Positions 51,641 to 64,000 of a stretch of DNA of 64,000 nt are shown one piece after another. This stretch comes from Glaucostegus cemiculus (lineage: Eukaryota). The stretch covers positions 3,410,001 through 3,474,000 of the forward strand of contig CDPCPM010000103.1 of assembly GCA_976551045.1 (NCBI GenBank), given 5' to 3'. The notes beneath the pieces are model-generated. The model saw nothing but the letters and a program-made list of their open reading frames with translations. It was not told where the DNA came from and ran no database searches. The translations under genes and the position numbers were made by a program. The first letter of the stretch is position 1, and each line of letters opens with the position of its first letter.

Positions 51641-52809
51641 ACCTTGCTAGAAAGTGAAATTTCATTTGGACAAAAGCTGCACAATGTACCATCCTTACAT
51701 TTAAATGAATCAAATAAAGTTCTGTGAAAAATATGAAATGTTAAGTTCCAAATGGTAATATGCATTCTTTAGCTATAAAAAATCTGTGGGTTATCTTTCT
51801 AGATGAGGTTTCTACTGCTTGAAGTCATAAAGTATTTGAACATTGTGAAGAATTCATTGCCAAAATGACATAAAAGCATAAGTATTTCTTTAAGTCCAGT
51901 TGCTGGAAATTACTTTGTTCAGTTAAGTAAACTTTGCTGATGTCTGCAATCAGTTTCTCATCAGAATCCTGACCTGCAGAAATGATGAAGCCTCATCCAA
52001 ATGATTAACTAGTCTAAATGTAAATAAGCAAAAGGACCATGTGCCCAGGCTAACTGCAAAATGATTTGAAACAGTGCACAACCTGTTTGGAAGGTGGATG
52101 GACTGAAACACCTCCAAGGCCACTCAAGCAAATGCTCATCCCACATGAGAGGCTTTTGCTGCTGTTATTCCAATCAAACATTGGACTCCTCATGAAATCC
52201 AGCAGTTTCCCAGCAGTTACACTGTGAAATCTAGGCAGGGAACCTGTGTCATTAACTCCAATCATTTTAATAGAGAGGATTAGCTCCAAAGGAGGCAGGA
52301 AAGTCTCAGGTAACCTACTCTTTTTAAACAATTAAGTTAAATATTTTGATGCAAGTGTTTACTACTATTTTAAGAGTTCTAATTATTTTGAATCTGCCAA
52401 AAAACAATTTAATTTTTGAATTGTTTTATGATTTTTCAATTTCTTACAGTTCAGCTGATTTCAATAGTTTTTGAAAACTTTTAATGTACATTGAAGTCTT
52501 TTGACTGTTTTGAGAGCCAACAAGCCTGAGACCATTATTTAACCAGTTGTTAATGCATTTCTGCAGATGGGAGCTATTACTTTTAGGGGGACTTTGAGCA
52601 GCATTTTCATATTGGCTTTAAAGCAAGGCTGAATTCATCAATTTACCAAAAATGATTAATCCTCAATTCCCTTGCATTGGAAATGCTCCATGAATTTGAA
52701 TATCTGTTCTCTAACATTTTATCTGATTCCAAGAGCTTAAACCTGCCATTGCTGTGGCTCAAAAAAATCACCACTAGAGTTCCTTTGAGAAAGAACCTCA
52801 CTTTTAGAA

Positions 52810-53176
52810 GAACCTAGAACATAGAACACTACAGCACAGTGCAGGCCCTTCAGCCCACAATGTTGTGCTGACATTTTATCCTGCTCTAATATCTATCTAA
52901 CCCTTTCCTCCCACATTGCCCCCTATTTTTCTATCATTCATGTGTCTATCTAAGAGTCTCTTAAGTGTTCCTAACGTATCTGCCCCCTCATGCACCGCAG
53001 GCAGTGCATTCCATGCACCCACCATTCTCTGTGTAAAAAAAACTTACCCCTGACATCCCCTTTATACCTTCCTCCAATCACCTTAAAATTATGTCCCCTC
53101 ATGTTAGCCATTGTCTCAAAGGGAAAAAGTCTCTGACTGTCCACTTGATCTATGCCTCTTATCATCTTGTACACCT
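52810..53176 (-). mobile_element. Young 5'-truncated CR1 LINE
   Basis: (tagaac)n tail; ORF YKMIRGIDQVDSQRLFP...RGHNFKVIGGRYKGDVRGKFF. Confidence 0.92.
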
Positions 53177-54520
53177 TACAAAACGTGTTGGAATCTGGAA
53201 TGCGCTTCCTGTAAATGTGGTGGCAGCAGGTTTCATTATGGCTTTCAAGAGAGAACTAGATAAATATATGAAACAGGATGGCTAAATCCTCCATATTTGA
53301 AAGACCACTTCTTGCCAGATTAGATTAAAACTGATCCCTAATCTTTCCTTATTGATCTACACATTTTATCATCTCTTCCCTTGCAAACTATTGACAACTA
53401 CAGATAGGTGCATATTGCACAGAAGAACAAATAATCAATTACCAAGAGTATGGTCCTGAATAATATAGCAACTTTGCAACAACACATGTAATTTTGCAGT
53501 TGTACACAATATCCAGTTCCAGGTACCAAATTGTTGATGCAGTTAGGGGTCCGTTTACTGCTTATTGAAGTGAGCTGGAGGGAACGGTTCCCTCGGCAGT
53601 AAGGTGTGCACCACAGCTTTAAAACAAATATAGACATGTTTGGAAATCCTCAGCAAGTCTGTCAATATTGAAGTTAGTATTTCAAAACAGGAAGGACAGC
53701 AGATGAACAGCATTTAAAAAGAAATAAAATGAAGGAAGGGGAGAATTAAATATAAACATAGATTTTAGTTATACTGCTATATAACTAAAATGATAATTAT
53801 ATCAAACAGATATTCCAACAAAAAGGCATACACAATAAGAATGACACTCTTGAGTCCTATTTGTATTGGATAAATCTATCAGCAATTCTACAGTTAGGAG
53901 CAAAGCAGTCTTGCATTCAAGGAGAAATGGACTGGCATAAATCCGCACAGCATTAAAGTCACAAGAAATTTTACAGAGAATGAAGCAGGATGCTTTAATT
54001 TGATTTTCCTCCTGCAGACTCAACAAGCTTTAAACATTTCAAAAAAATTCTGGATGCATGGCATCACTAAAAAGAATCTTGCAGTATTTGCCTAAAGCAG
54101 TCTACTTTCTTTATCAAAGTCTGTTGCTTGCAGAAATATTTTAAGTGAACCCAAAACACTGTAAAATAAGGGCATACATACATGGCAAGAAGTATATAAA
54201 AAACAATGAATACATATTAATTGTAGAATCATTCTTTCTAGATGAAGCATTGACTAACTGGTACATTAGTTACCTAGGGCACCAAATACAGCAAATAGCC
54301 TACAGCTCCTGCGCAAACAGTAAATTAGATATTACATCAGAGTACTAAGTTTGCACTATATCCAGCATTCATCATAAATATTCTATATTCATGAGCAGCA
54401 AACAAAATTATGAATTCCGTACCATCAAGGAAAAGGAGTACGGATAAACTGTTATGAAATAGGTATACTATGGCATATATCTTTGTTAGTTAATATTATG
54501 CCTCAGTGGACTTTAGTTGG

Positions 54521-54574
54521 CTAGGAGATGGGTGAGCATAAGACCATGACTAGGAGATGGGTGAGCATAAGACC
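54521..54574. repeat. Exact 25-bp direct duplication
   Basis: ctaggagatgggtgagcataagacc twice, separated by atga. Confidence 0.95.
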
Positions 54575-56174
54575 TAACTGTGAGATCCAGGCTATTCTAA
54601 TTCATCTGTATGAACATGGCAAGGGGATGGCGGGGGTGGAGGTGGGTGGGCGGTAATAGGAAGCAGCTGTTTGCTTGCTGCTTGTTGGTAGAGTGAGAGA
54701 GCAAGTTTAGCAGCTGGACACCTCCAGCTAGCAACAAAGGAAGGCTAAGGAATGGTGAGAGATTTCCAAGAGGGTTCATGGGAGGGAAGGGGTGGGGAAG
54801 CCAGAGGCAAGGGAGGTAGTAATCTTCCTTCCAGACCTGAACAAATACTCTACCTGGCTCTACAAAGGGAACTTCTTCACTTACCCTCTTCATTTCAAGG
54901 CCTGTTTTCAATACTTACGCTTTCAGGGAAGCATGGCAGTTTCCTGCTCAACCCAGATTAAAATGCGATTAGGAACCAATTATCATAAGAGGAGTTGCCT
55001 ATGTATTAACTCAAAATATTACATACTGCATTTGGACAGAATTTCAGCCTCTGCAGTGAACAGCTAAAATGGTTGGAATTGGAATTCCTGTGTTAAGAGG
55101 ATGGCTAAATCCTCCATATTTTAAAGACCGCTTCTTGCCAGATTAGATTAAAACTGATCTCTAATCTTTCCTTATTGAGACTATTGTTTGCATCTTTTGC
55201 AACAAACTGGATAATAGTTTCTCAGCTACTGTGTAACCCACGAATCTGGCACACCAAAATAATTGTTTAATGAAAGCACAGATCAGAAATGTATGGCTAA
55301 GAGCAAGATTGGCAAAAAGATTTTTTAAAAATCCTTCTTGCTTACCCAGCAATTCCAAAACCTTTGGCAAATGACAGATTTCTGAGGTTAGAAATGAAGG
55401 GAAGGTTCTTTGGAACAGATTTCAACTTCATTGTGCCCATCAAGAGATATTATCTCAACTGTTGATACATATTGTCTGGTGGATGTCAACATTAGTTTGA
55501 ACATAATTCTTCACAATTCTAGTATGAAGAACTACAGAGGATGTGTACCAAGATCTCAATTAGGTTAAATTTGTGGCAATATAAGCCCATCTGAAGGTTC
55601 AAGGTTATGAATAATAAACCAGAAGGGCTTCTCTGACCCACATGTAGGATAAAGTATTCAATTATTTGTGGCTAGAAGGCACAATTACAAAGGAACACAG
55701 CTCTGGCTACATGAATTACTCATTCAGCATCCTGAAAGAGAAATCATCCAAGGCAGACAAAATACTTTGAAGGTTTGCCATAGAACATGGATTGAGCAGC
55801 AAATAGTGATGAAGCCTTTGTCTATGCCATTGAGCTTAAGCAGCTAAAACATCAAGATGGTGAACACATCAAGATGACTGTCCTGCATAAGTTCTTTCAC
55901 TTGTTTCATCCATGAAAAGATACACCACTATACTTACATCTTATGTGTAGCATTACTAGATTATAGAATGAGTAGCAGTTGTCCTGAACTGCACCCTGGA
56001 ATTGCAATCAAAGAGGCATAGTGTTTGTTCAAGGGGAAAGCAATAGTATCTTATGGTTTATTGCTCACAATGCTACTTGTGAAGTGTTCTTGGCTTAAAC
56101 CTGAACTTGTTTGTTCTCGAATGACTGACCTAGTGACATTACTCATCTAATACCTGAGCCACTGAAAAGTAGAA

Positions 56175-56395
56175 AAACTGCAGATGCTAAAAATCTTCAA
56201 TTAAAAACATGAAATGCTGAAGATATTCAATGGGTCAAGCAGCATCTGCAGAGAGACAAACAGTTAACATTTCTGGTTGATGATCTTACTTCAGAACATC
56301 CTTGAAGATCATTAAATTATAATGTTAACTCTGTTCCTCTATCCACTGATGCTACCTGACCTGTTGAGGATTTCCAGCATCTACTGTTTTGAATA
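56175..56395. mobile_element. Fold-back pair of Penelope terminal repeats
   Basis: About 56215-56287 and 56304-56379 are imperfect reverse complements (tgctg.a.at..tcaa..ggtca.g.agcatc...gttaacatt...tgatctt). Confidence 0.75.
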
Positions 56396-56970
56396 TCAGA
56401 GTCAAATAGGTCCCCCAGGGCATTACTGGTTAATAACCATTAGGCCTGGTTCAGAAGCCATCACTGGAGGATTCATTTCATTGGTTTAAATATCTCTTCC
56501 AGCCAGGGTCCTGAAGAGTACATGCCCTTCTGTGCTCATAATTGTAATCTGTTCAAACACAGTTGATGCAGTGGGAAGATGGTCATAAGCCTTGGTTCTT
56601 GTACCTAAACCCTCTAGAATTGATTAGTGGGTATGTTTCCAAGCAAGTGTATCTGCTCTCCATATTAGGCAAACAAAACTTTAAATATCTCTCCTAACCA
56701 GGTTTCACAGTTTTGGCCAGCTGACCACAGAAATGTTGTTCACCAAAATGTTAAAAACTGCAATTAACTTTTTTTTACATCCAATGCCAATGAATTCTTA
56801 CATCAGTCATTTTACTTAATGTTCCAGTTAAGAGGCAACTTCCAAATGTTATTAACTATGTCTACTCTTAAGCAGAATGTCATCCAGATTCTAAAAAAAA
56901 ACTACATTATATATGGACTGTACATTCAATCAGAAGGAAAAACATTTAAATGCACTGATAACAAAAGTAC

Positions 56971-57087
56971 CTGTTTCAGAGTTGGTGCAGCCTGTTGCAT
57001 CATCTGCCACTGCTCAGGACTTAGTGACCTCTGGCTTCCTTCTGGACTAAGACTAGGAAAACTATCAATATCCACATTTGGCAATAC
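56971..57087 (-). CDS. KIAA0586: KIAA0586/TALPID3 internal coding exon (117 nt, phase 0-0)
   Basis: Acceptor aatttgtcttcag, donor CAG|gtactt. Translates VLPNVDIDSFPSLSPEGSQRSLSPEQWQMMQQAAPTLKQ; the human sequence as recalled starts VLPSVDIDS. In frame with the previous exon. Confidence 0.93.
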
Positions 57088-57399
57088 CTGAAGACAAATT
57101 TTCATTACCAGTTATATGAAGAAAATATAAATTGAGAATGAGACAATTTATGAATGGTTCCTTTTGGAAAAAAAACTTCTTTAAAATGCATGTTCTAAGT
57201 TGTAAGAGTTGCTGAAAGTTCTGTTATTATGAAACAAGTTTTTTAATGTTAAATAACCAATAATTTGCAAAATCTGCCAGTATGGTACCATCAAAGTCTC
57301 GAGGTTGACAAATTTTTGGAGTTTTACTGTGTTGACTTCTTTCTGTGCACCCTAGATGTATTGAAATTGTGCAAAGCCTAAATTGCTAAATATAAGTTC

Positions 57400-57900
57400 T
57401 GAACCACAGTGTTTTAGGCAGCAATATGCAGGGAACTCCACTTCCCACATTCTGCCACAATGAATGGTTGCTTTTCCCACTCCATTCTCTGCTCCATCTT
57501 GCAACCAGCTAGCCATCAGCTACTTGTCTCCTGGCTTGGGATACTTTGGTCTTGTGCATTAGCCTATAATGATGTAAATCAAATGCCTTTTGGAAATCTA
57601 TGAACAGTACTTTTATTACATTACACTTATCTACAGTTTCCCTTCAAAGATTCAACAACTTTAGTCAAACAAGACTTCTCCTTTGAAATCCACCTATTAT
57701 ATTTTCAGTCCCACAATATTGCAAATGTTTGTTCAATTTTCTCCAATAATAACGATTTCCTTACCTATCCTATTGCAAGGGTATATCTGAATGGTCAGCA
57801 ATTCCCTGGGCAGAACATTAGCTTTCTATCAGTCATCTGGTGTCATACTTTTTCCAGTGAATTAGTTCATAGGTCTAATGAACAACTCTACCATCACTTC
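57400..57900 (-). mobile_element. Very old CR1 RT fragment
   Basis: atcaaatgccttttggaaatcta is the reverse of DFQKAFD. Confidence 0.6.
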
Positions 57901-60409
57901 CTTTGATTCTTTTAGTTTATTTAATATTTTCCTTTTTATTTTAAATGCAGTTATTTGACTTCTAATCTCATCTACCAATATTATGTCTCTGAGTGTCTCT
58001 TTGTCAAATACATAAGGAAGATAATGCTCCAATTGGAGCCGCTGGTGCTCAGCTGCTTGAACAGTTGTAAGTCGCAGACTTGTGCATGTGTATTTTCTAG
58101 CACAGAAGTTTGGGAGTTAGTGAGTAACAGATGGTGCCACATCTGTCATTGAGCCCCATTGCTGGACTCCATATGAAGTCCAGTAGGGGGGCTCAATTTT
58201 GCTGGGATTCCCTAGCTTTATGCTGTGGAATTGATTCTCAGATCCTGTGCCAGGATTTTAATTAATCTCTACTACTTCAGGATGTTTTTATGTACACTGC
58301 CTGAGACCTTGTCCCTCTCCTCTTGCAGGCCACTCTACATCAGTCCTGCAAGGTTGCCAAAAGACTTGTGTCAGTCCAGGCATGGGATCTGAGGCCCAGG
58401 TGACTTCAGTGGGATTTGTAGGCCTGCAGACACGGAGGCAAAGAAGGTAAGATTTATTTTTAAATATACTTTGCTTTTGTTTAATACTGTTAATTGTTTT
58501 AAGTAGTTTTCTTAGTTGTTATTTTTTAGAATAATTTTAATTTTTGGGGGGTATTTATTTTAGTTATAATGGTTTTAAATGACAAATGTCGGGAGACAAA
58601 GCTTCTGCGCTGTGCTGCTTGAGTGCTATTTGGATCTTGCCAACAGAATAACGAGTGAAGGGCCAGTGAGATAGGCTGGATCTCAGCACGTGATCCTGAG
58701 AGGAGGGAGCAGGATAGCATGATCTGAACTATTCTATTAATGTACTGGCAAAGCACACAACATTTGCTGCTCAGTAGACCAACAGAGGCCTACACTAATA
58801 CAATGATGCTTACACTGCTGAATCAGAATGCCCACAATCTGAGAATTTTAAATCTGTCAAGTTGCCCAAGGAATTAAAACTGGGCATTCCTTCATGAGCA
58901 GGAATGAAAGGAATTAAGTTTAACTCAGCTTACTGTCTACACTTCTGAATTGTTAACTACGGGTTGGCACTAAGAGAAGTATTATAGAATGCTACCTGTC
59001 TTTTCATTCCACTCATTGGAGATGCAGAAAGCATAAAAAAGATAAGAACATTCTACGTTATCAAATTAAAGAAATGTACACAAATAAGCAATGGTTTAGT
59101 TAGAGAATCCTCTGACTAAACAGCCAAACTACATCAATGTAATTATTATACAGAAAAAAAAACAACCATCCTCAAAAGGTTAAAATCTGTGGAAGACTGG
59201 ACTCCAAAAGGGCAGGTATGAAAGTTAATGGGCCTAAACATAATTATCTTTAGCTGGTGGCTCCCTACAGAAACACTGGCGATCTCCTCCCTGTGGATCT
59301 GCTTATGTGACTTTCATTCCTGCATGTTACAATGTGAAAGTCAGAGATGAGCTGGAGTCAGATGCCTGGCATTTCTGACCTCCTGCTCTGCCCCTAGTCT
59401 CAGTATCAAGCACAGGAGCAAATCACATTTATACAGAGCTGAGGGGCCAGATGCTTTCCACAGATTTATGCCAGTCATAGCTGGTGAGTACAGCATATCC
59501 CCATTCATTTGAATGGGTTCACCAACCTTAACTGGAAAAGTAAGTGGAGGTAAGTGGTTTGTTTATTCTTACTTATTTCACTTTATGTTCTTGAACAATT
59601 TTTCCTCCTTTCTAATCTTCTCAAGTGCACTGTCTGAGGCTAAAACACCTCTTGCAGTTCCCTCTGCTTCGGTTCTGCAGCAAGTACACAGGGGGTGAGA
59701 GGAGGGAGCAAGCTGGACTGGGCATGATTTGAGCCCATATAACATTTGGATTTTCCCCAAATCCTTTACTTTGTTTCAAAAAATAAAATGTTATGGCCAT
59801 TGCCAACATTCATTTACATCTGGTTAAAAATTCATGGAATTAAGAACAGATTCAAAGCACGGCACAAATTAATAATTAAATTATTTTTGATTTATGTTTC
59901 CCTAGCTTCCCTGATTTAGTATGAAGTTACCAAGCCATGCTACCATAGAAAAAGCATCTGATTCAAAAAAAGTCACAATACACAAAATCTTTTGATATTT
60001 TCAATCTTACTGATATTATGAGTGAATTTTAACCCACAAGAACAGATGAGTTGGGGGAAGGTGGAAAATGAAATATTTTTTCAAGATTTCAATCCTCATA
60101 TATTCCCATCCATTTCCACTGTTGAGAAATAGGAAGGATCAGATCAATAAGGTAAATGGACAAAGTTTGTGCGTCATGAAGCGCAGGTTGTTTAATGTCC
60201 AATGTCTTTACATACCGGTCAAAATCTGCCCCTTCTCACATCCCATGATCTACAACATCCCACCATTACCTCAGATTTCTAGCATTCCCCAAAATGTTAA
60301 TGTACTATTACAAAACCTGTACTTCTAAGTTTCTCCTCCACACAAGTTTTGCTGCCTTCATGAGTCTAAAGCATGTCCAGTACAAAATGCATCTCATATA
60401 GCACCACAC

Positions 60410-60591
60410 CTGTACAGTTAGCTTGGCTGGATCCTTCTTTTCAGATTTCATGTGTATGACTGCAATATTGGGTTTTTTCACCTGAGGCTGTGGTTTCTGA
60501 GGAGATGATGAGGTTGTTACTGTGGTTGGATGCGCACTGCTGATAAGCAAATTTGATGGTTGTGGAACACCACTGTCCATCCGTGGCACGC
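60410..60591 (-). CDS. KIAA0586: KIAA0586/TALPID3 internal coding exon (182 nt, phase 1 to phase 0)
   Basis: Acceptor ttttctttcatttttctag, donor CAG|gtgtgg. Translates (G)[60 protein letters not shown], matching the recalled human TALPID3 segment HPVTVTTS...[24 protein letters not shown]. Confidence 0.95.
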
Positions 60592-60639
60592 CTAGAAAAA
60601 TGAAAGAAAATTTAGTTATGGGAGGAACGTCAGTAACAA

Positions 60640-61460
60640 CCTCTAAATATTTGGGTCATTAAAGTGACGAAAAATCCCCATGTGCTTCGCAAGACTTTTA
60701 TCAAACAAAAACTGATGCCAAACTACAAAAGGAGACAATACAGCAGATTGTCCAAAGCTTGGCCAAACAGTACATTTCAGGAACAGCTTCAAGGCAGAAA
60801 AAGACATGTGGAGAACCTCAAGGAAGTAAATGCAGAAATTAGGATCTTGGTAACTTAACAGAGTGGAGAAATTAAATTCAGGAATCAAGTGGACAGACTT
60901 AAAGGAGGGCAGATAATCTCAGAGATTTATAAAGGTGGAAGATATTATCAAGATAAGAAACATGGGCAGCAAGATGTTTGATAGCCTCTGGTTACCGAGA
61001 GTAGAATATGAGGGGCAGGCCAGTAATCAACTCTGGGTAAACAATGGCATGGAAGGCAGATTCTGCAGCAATCCATCTGAATCAGGCAATGTTATAAAAA
61101 TGGAAATGGACAGCTTTAGAAATGGTGCAGATATGTGGCGCATAGCTCACTTTGGAGCGAAATAATGACATCAAGGTTGCAAACAGCTTATTTCAGTTTC
61201 AGGCAGCTTCCCGATAAAGCAGTGGAATTGGTAGCTATGGAATGGAGTTTGTAATGGGGATCAAAAATGATAGCTTCCTAATAATCAATTGGATGAAATT
61301 TCTGCTCAGCTAGACTGGCGTGACAAAGAAGCAGCTGGAGAGTTTAGAGAGTGGAGTGGTGGCACTAACATACTTGAAGAAATAGACAAACATGCTTTTG
61401 AATGACATTGCTAAGGGGCAACACCTTGATAAGAAATCGGAGGGAGCCGTGTACAGATCA
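60640..61460 (-). mobile_element. L2 LINE fragment
   Basis: Parallels 40030-40720 (tttatcaaacaaaaactgatgc, aacaatggcatggaagg, cagcttatttcagtttcaggcag). Confidence 0.65.
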
Positions 61461-61924
61461 TTGGGGGAACGCTAGTAGTAAGTGTGTAGACGGGAAAGTA
61501 AGCCTTGACAAGATATCATCTGTACTAATTGGACTGGAAAATCATATCCTTATAGCTGATAAGCTAATGGGTAAAATGAGAAAAAGAACATTTATATGCA
61601 TGCAAAATATTGTTAGACGAAAGTCCAGCCATTTGTCACAATTTAAGCTGAACTGTAAAATAACCTCTTGGTGAGTTTACAATACCACTTTGGTTTTGTG
61701 CACCCCAGTCTCAGATTAGGAGCAAATACGCAGGTTTAATGCCACATTTTGAACCAAATGAATACAGGACTCCTTCAGACAGATCAAAAAGTAAAGGTTT
61801 AACTGTACTCTCCAGATGTAGAAAAACAGTTTGACGATTCACTAAATGTTACGCCTATTCTAAGTGGAAAATTATTTTAATTTCAGAAGAAAGAAGAATG
61901 TCATCCTGATTAATTAGACACCAA

Positions 61925-62165
61925 AAAAGGTGGCAGGTTTTTTTTACACAGAGAGTGCTAGGTGCCTGTAACATGCTGCCAGGGAAAGTGGTGGAAGCAG
62001 ATACGTTAGCAGCGTTTAAGAGGCATTTATTCAAACACATCAATAAGCAGGAAATGGAGGGGTATAGAGCGTGTTGCTGCCAGATGTGCAGTCTAAATCA
62101 GCAACATGGTCAGCATTGACATCGTGGGCCAAGGGGGCCTGTTCCTGCTCCGTACGGTTCTGTGC
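61925..62165 (+). mobile_element. CR1 3' UTR fragment
   Basis: tttttacacagagagtg...gtggtggaagcagatacg...gggccaagggggcctgttcct. Confidence 0.85.
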
Positions 62166-62487
62166 ATCAGATAGCATTCAATATCACCAAGCATGGCATT
62201 ATGGTTAAGGTCTCAAATTTTATTTTCCTTGTATTCCTACAGGAATATAGGATTCTTGTAATATAATCCTATCTTCCAATCTTCTCTTATTTTCCTTCTA
62301 TTAACTCAAGTTTGCGACATTTCAAATGAAAATGGGCTTTAAGTTAATAGAATATAAAAATAAAGATGTAATAATAAATCCATGAAAAATTATAACAAGT
62401 AACATTTAGAGTTTCCTGGGTCCACATCATAATAATAATGAAAATTTAAGAATAATACCAAGTCAAAAGAGTGGGTATTATGTAGTC

Positions 62488-62905
62488 AGAGAGTCATAGA
62501 GTTATACAGCATGGAGACATATCCTTTGACTCAACTCGTCCACACCAACCAAGTTTCTTACTCAAACTACCCCTATTTGTCTGTGTTTGGACCATATCCC
62601 CCTAAACTTTTCCTGTCCATGTACCTGTCCATATGTCCCTTAAACATTGTAATTGTACCTGCATCTACCATTCCCTCTGGCAGCTCTTTCCACATACCCA
62701 CTACCCTGTGTGAAAATGTTGCCTCTCAGGTCCCCTTTAAATCTATGCCCTCCAGTTTTAGACTCCTCTACCCTGCATAAAATACTGTGATGATGCACCT
62801 TATCTATACACTCCATGATTATATAAATCTCTATAAGGACGCTCCTCAGTCTCCTATGCTCCAGAGAAAAAAGCCCCAGCCTATCTACTATAACTCAAGC
62901 CCTCA
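62488..62905 (-). mobile_element. CR1 3' fragment
   Basis: gagtcatagagttatacagcatgga tail, collinear with 42410-42810. Confidence 0.85.
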
Positions 62906-63719
62906 TCGGTATTATGTCAGATATCAGGAAATACAAATATGAAGAAAGGCATATCAATTCTAACTGCTTTCAGTTGAAGAGAGGAGTTTATGGATTTTAT
63001 TTGATGGAAATGTTTAAATGTATGAAGTGATAGGATAGGGTAGATATAAACAGATTGTTTTAGTGTTTGAGAGATATGACACAGAGTTACAGAACTATAA
63101 AGGTAAATGAAAAAATAAATGAAATGCACAGTGCAGATCATTGCGAGGCTGTGGAATGCATTATTTAAGATAACCAATAATCATGTCTCCATTAAAATAA
63201 ATTAGCTAAACTGTTATAACAAAGGTGGATTAAGAGACTAAAGACACTGAGTGCAAGGGATTAGAGCTGGTGTTTAGGTGAAGGATAAATAGAAACATAA
63301 AGTGACTGAGCCAAATTACCTGCTTTTATAGTACAATTTCTTTTCAGTTCTTTAACCTGTTCTCTCTATCCCTGAATGTTCCTAACTTGGAAAACCTTAA
63401 TCATTTTTGCCTTTGTTGTTCTTTTCTCTAGTGAGCAGAATTGTATTTCTTTGAACCTAACCTCATAAGAAAAAGGGGCAAATCTAAACATATGGAACAC
63501 TATTTTGAGTAGTAAACACAGAAAAAATCTACCACAAGGACCATGCATCAGATCTTGAGCACAATGAAGATGAAAATAGCAGCTTAAATCAACCATCATA
63601 AAGGGAGAAAAGCCAAACTGCTGAGCCAGGCCTAGTATTTCAATGGCATGGCATCTTCCTGGGTCAGCCTCACAAATGCATTTTTTTCTTCAAAGGTCTG
63701 ATAAGATGAAAAATTATAT

Positions 63720-64000
63720 ATAAGGTGGTTATTTACCAGCCTAGGTTACTTCAACAGCTTCTCCAAAATCCTGAACGTCAAAAGGAACAAAGACAATAGG
63801 CAGAAGACAACACTGCCAACTAACATTTAGCCTTTAAGTCACACCATCACCATCATCTTGACTTGCAAATATACTTTCATTCCTCCATCATTGGATCTAA
63901 ATCCTGAACCTCCTTACTCAACAGCACTGCAGGCATACTTTCACCAGGAGGACTACTGAAATTCAAAGACAATTAAGGATGGACAACAAATGCCGTCCAT
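63720..64000 (+). mobile_element. Non-LTR retrotransposon 3' end (family of 45640/49175)
   Basis: aagtcacaccatc...tgacttgcaaatata...ggatctaaatcctg...aacagcactg...aattaaggatggacaacaaatgc is the reverse complement of about 49190-49400. Confidence 0.7.

Noticed and set aside
58188-59736. 1.5-kb element with GGGCTCAA terminal inverted repeats
   Set aside because: The left motif is better explained as one arm of the 58148-58197 palindrome; the match is short and has no TSD.
6590-63330. Orientation bias of CR1 insertions relative to the host gene
   Set aside because: Roughly 12 plus versus 7 minus fragments by eye, too few to claim a bias.
147-63599. Most ORF-track entries as independent genes
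   Set aside because: They are short and either lack recognisable domains or are frameshifted TE pieces. Only 60308-60589 overlaps a real exon in frame.
60600-64000. Next upstream KIAA0586 exon (LEGHLIPMAI-like)
   Set aside because: Not found by eye; it presumably lies beyond the window.

Overview
Eukaryotic, AT-rich, CpG-depleted vertebrate DNA. The repeat content (CR1 LINEs, tRNA-head V-SINE/HE1-type SINEs, Deu-domain SINE remnants, Penelope, Rex1/Babar, L2, RTE) points to a cartilaginous fish, probably a ray or sawfish (inference). The whole window lies inside one minus-strand gene, the ciliogenesis/Hedgehog gene KIAA0586 (TALPID3). Four internal coding exons were found by hand (60410-60591, 56971-57087, 17206-17289, 691-884). 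They splice in frame with canonical GT-AG sites across introns of about 3.3, 39.7 and 16.3 kb. Almost all ORF-track entries are transposon debris or chance ORFs. I see no convincing new multi-gene system. The best leads are hammerhead-ribozyme motifs in Penelope termini with a shared variant core, a candidate in-frame alternative last exon, a tandem splice donor with a changed junction codon, a two-template patchwork insertion, an unnamed palindromic element family, a solo LTR with TSD, V-SINEs with swapped LINE tails, and intronic RFX X-boxes. Transposon boundaries are approximate unless a TSD is quoted. Family names and orthology come from recognising motifs by eye and from recalled sequences, not from database searches.
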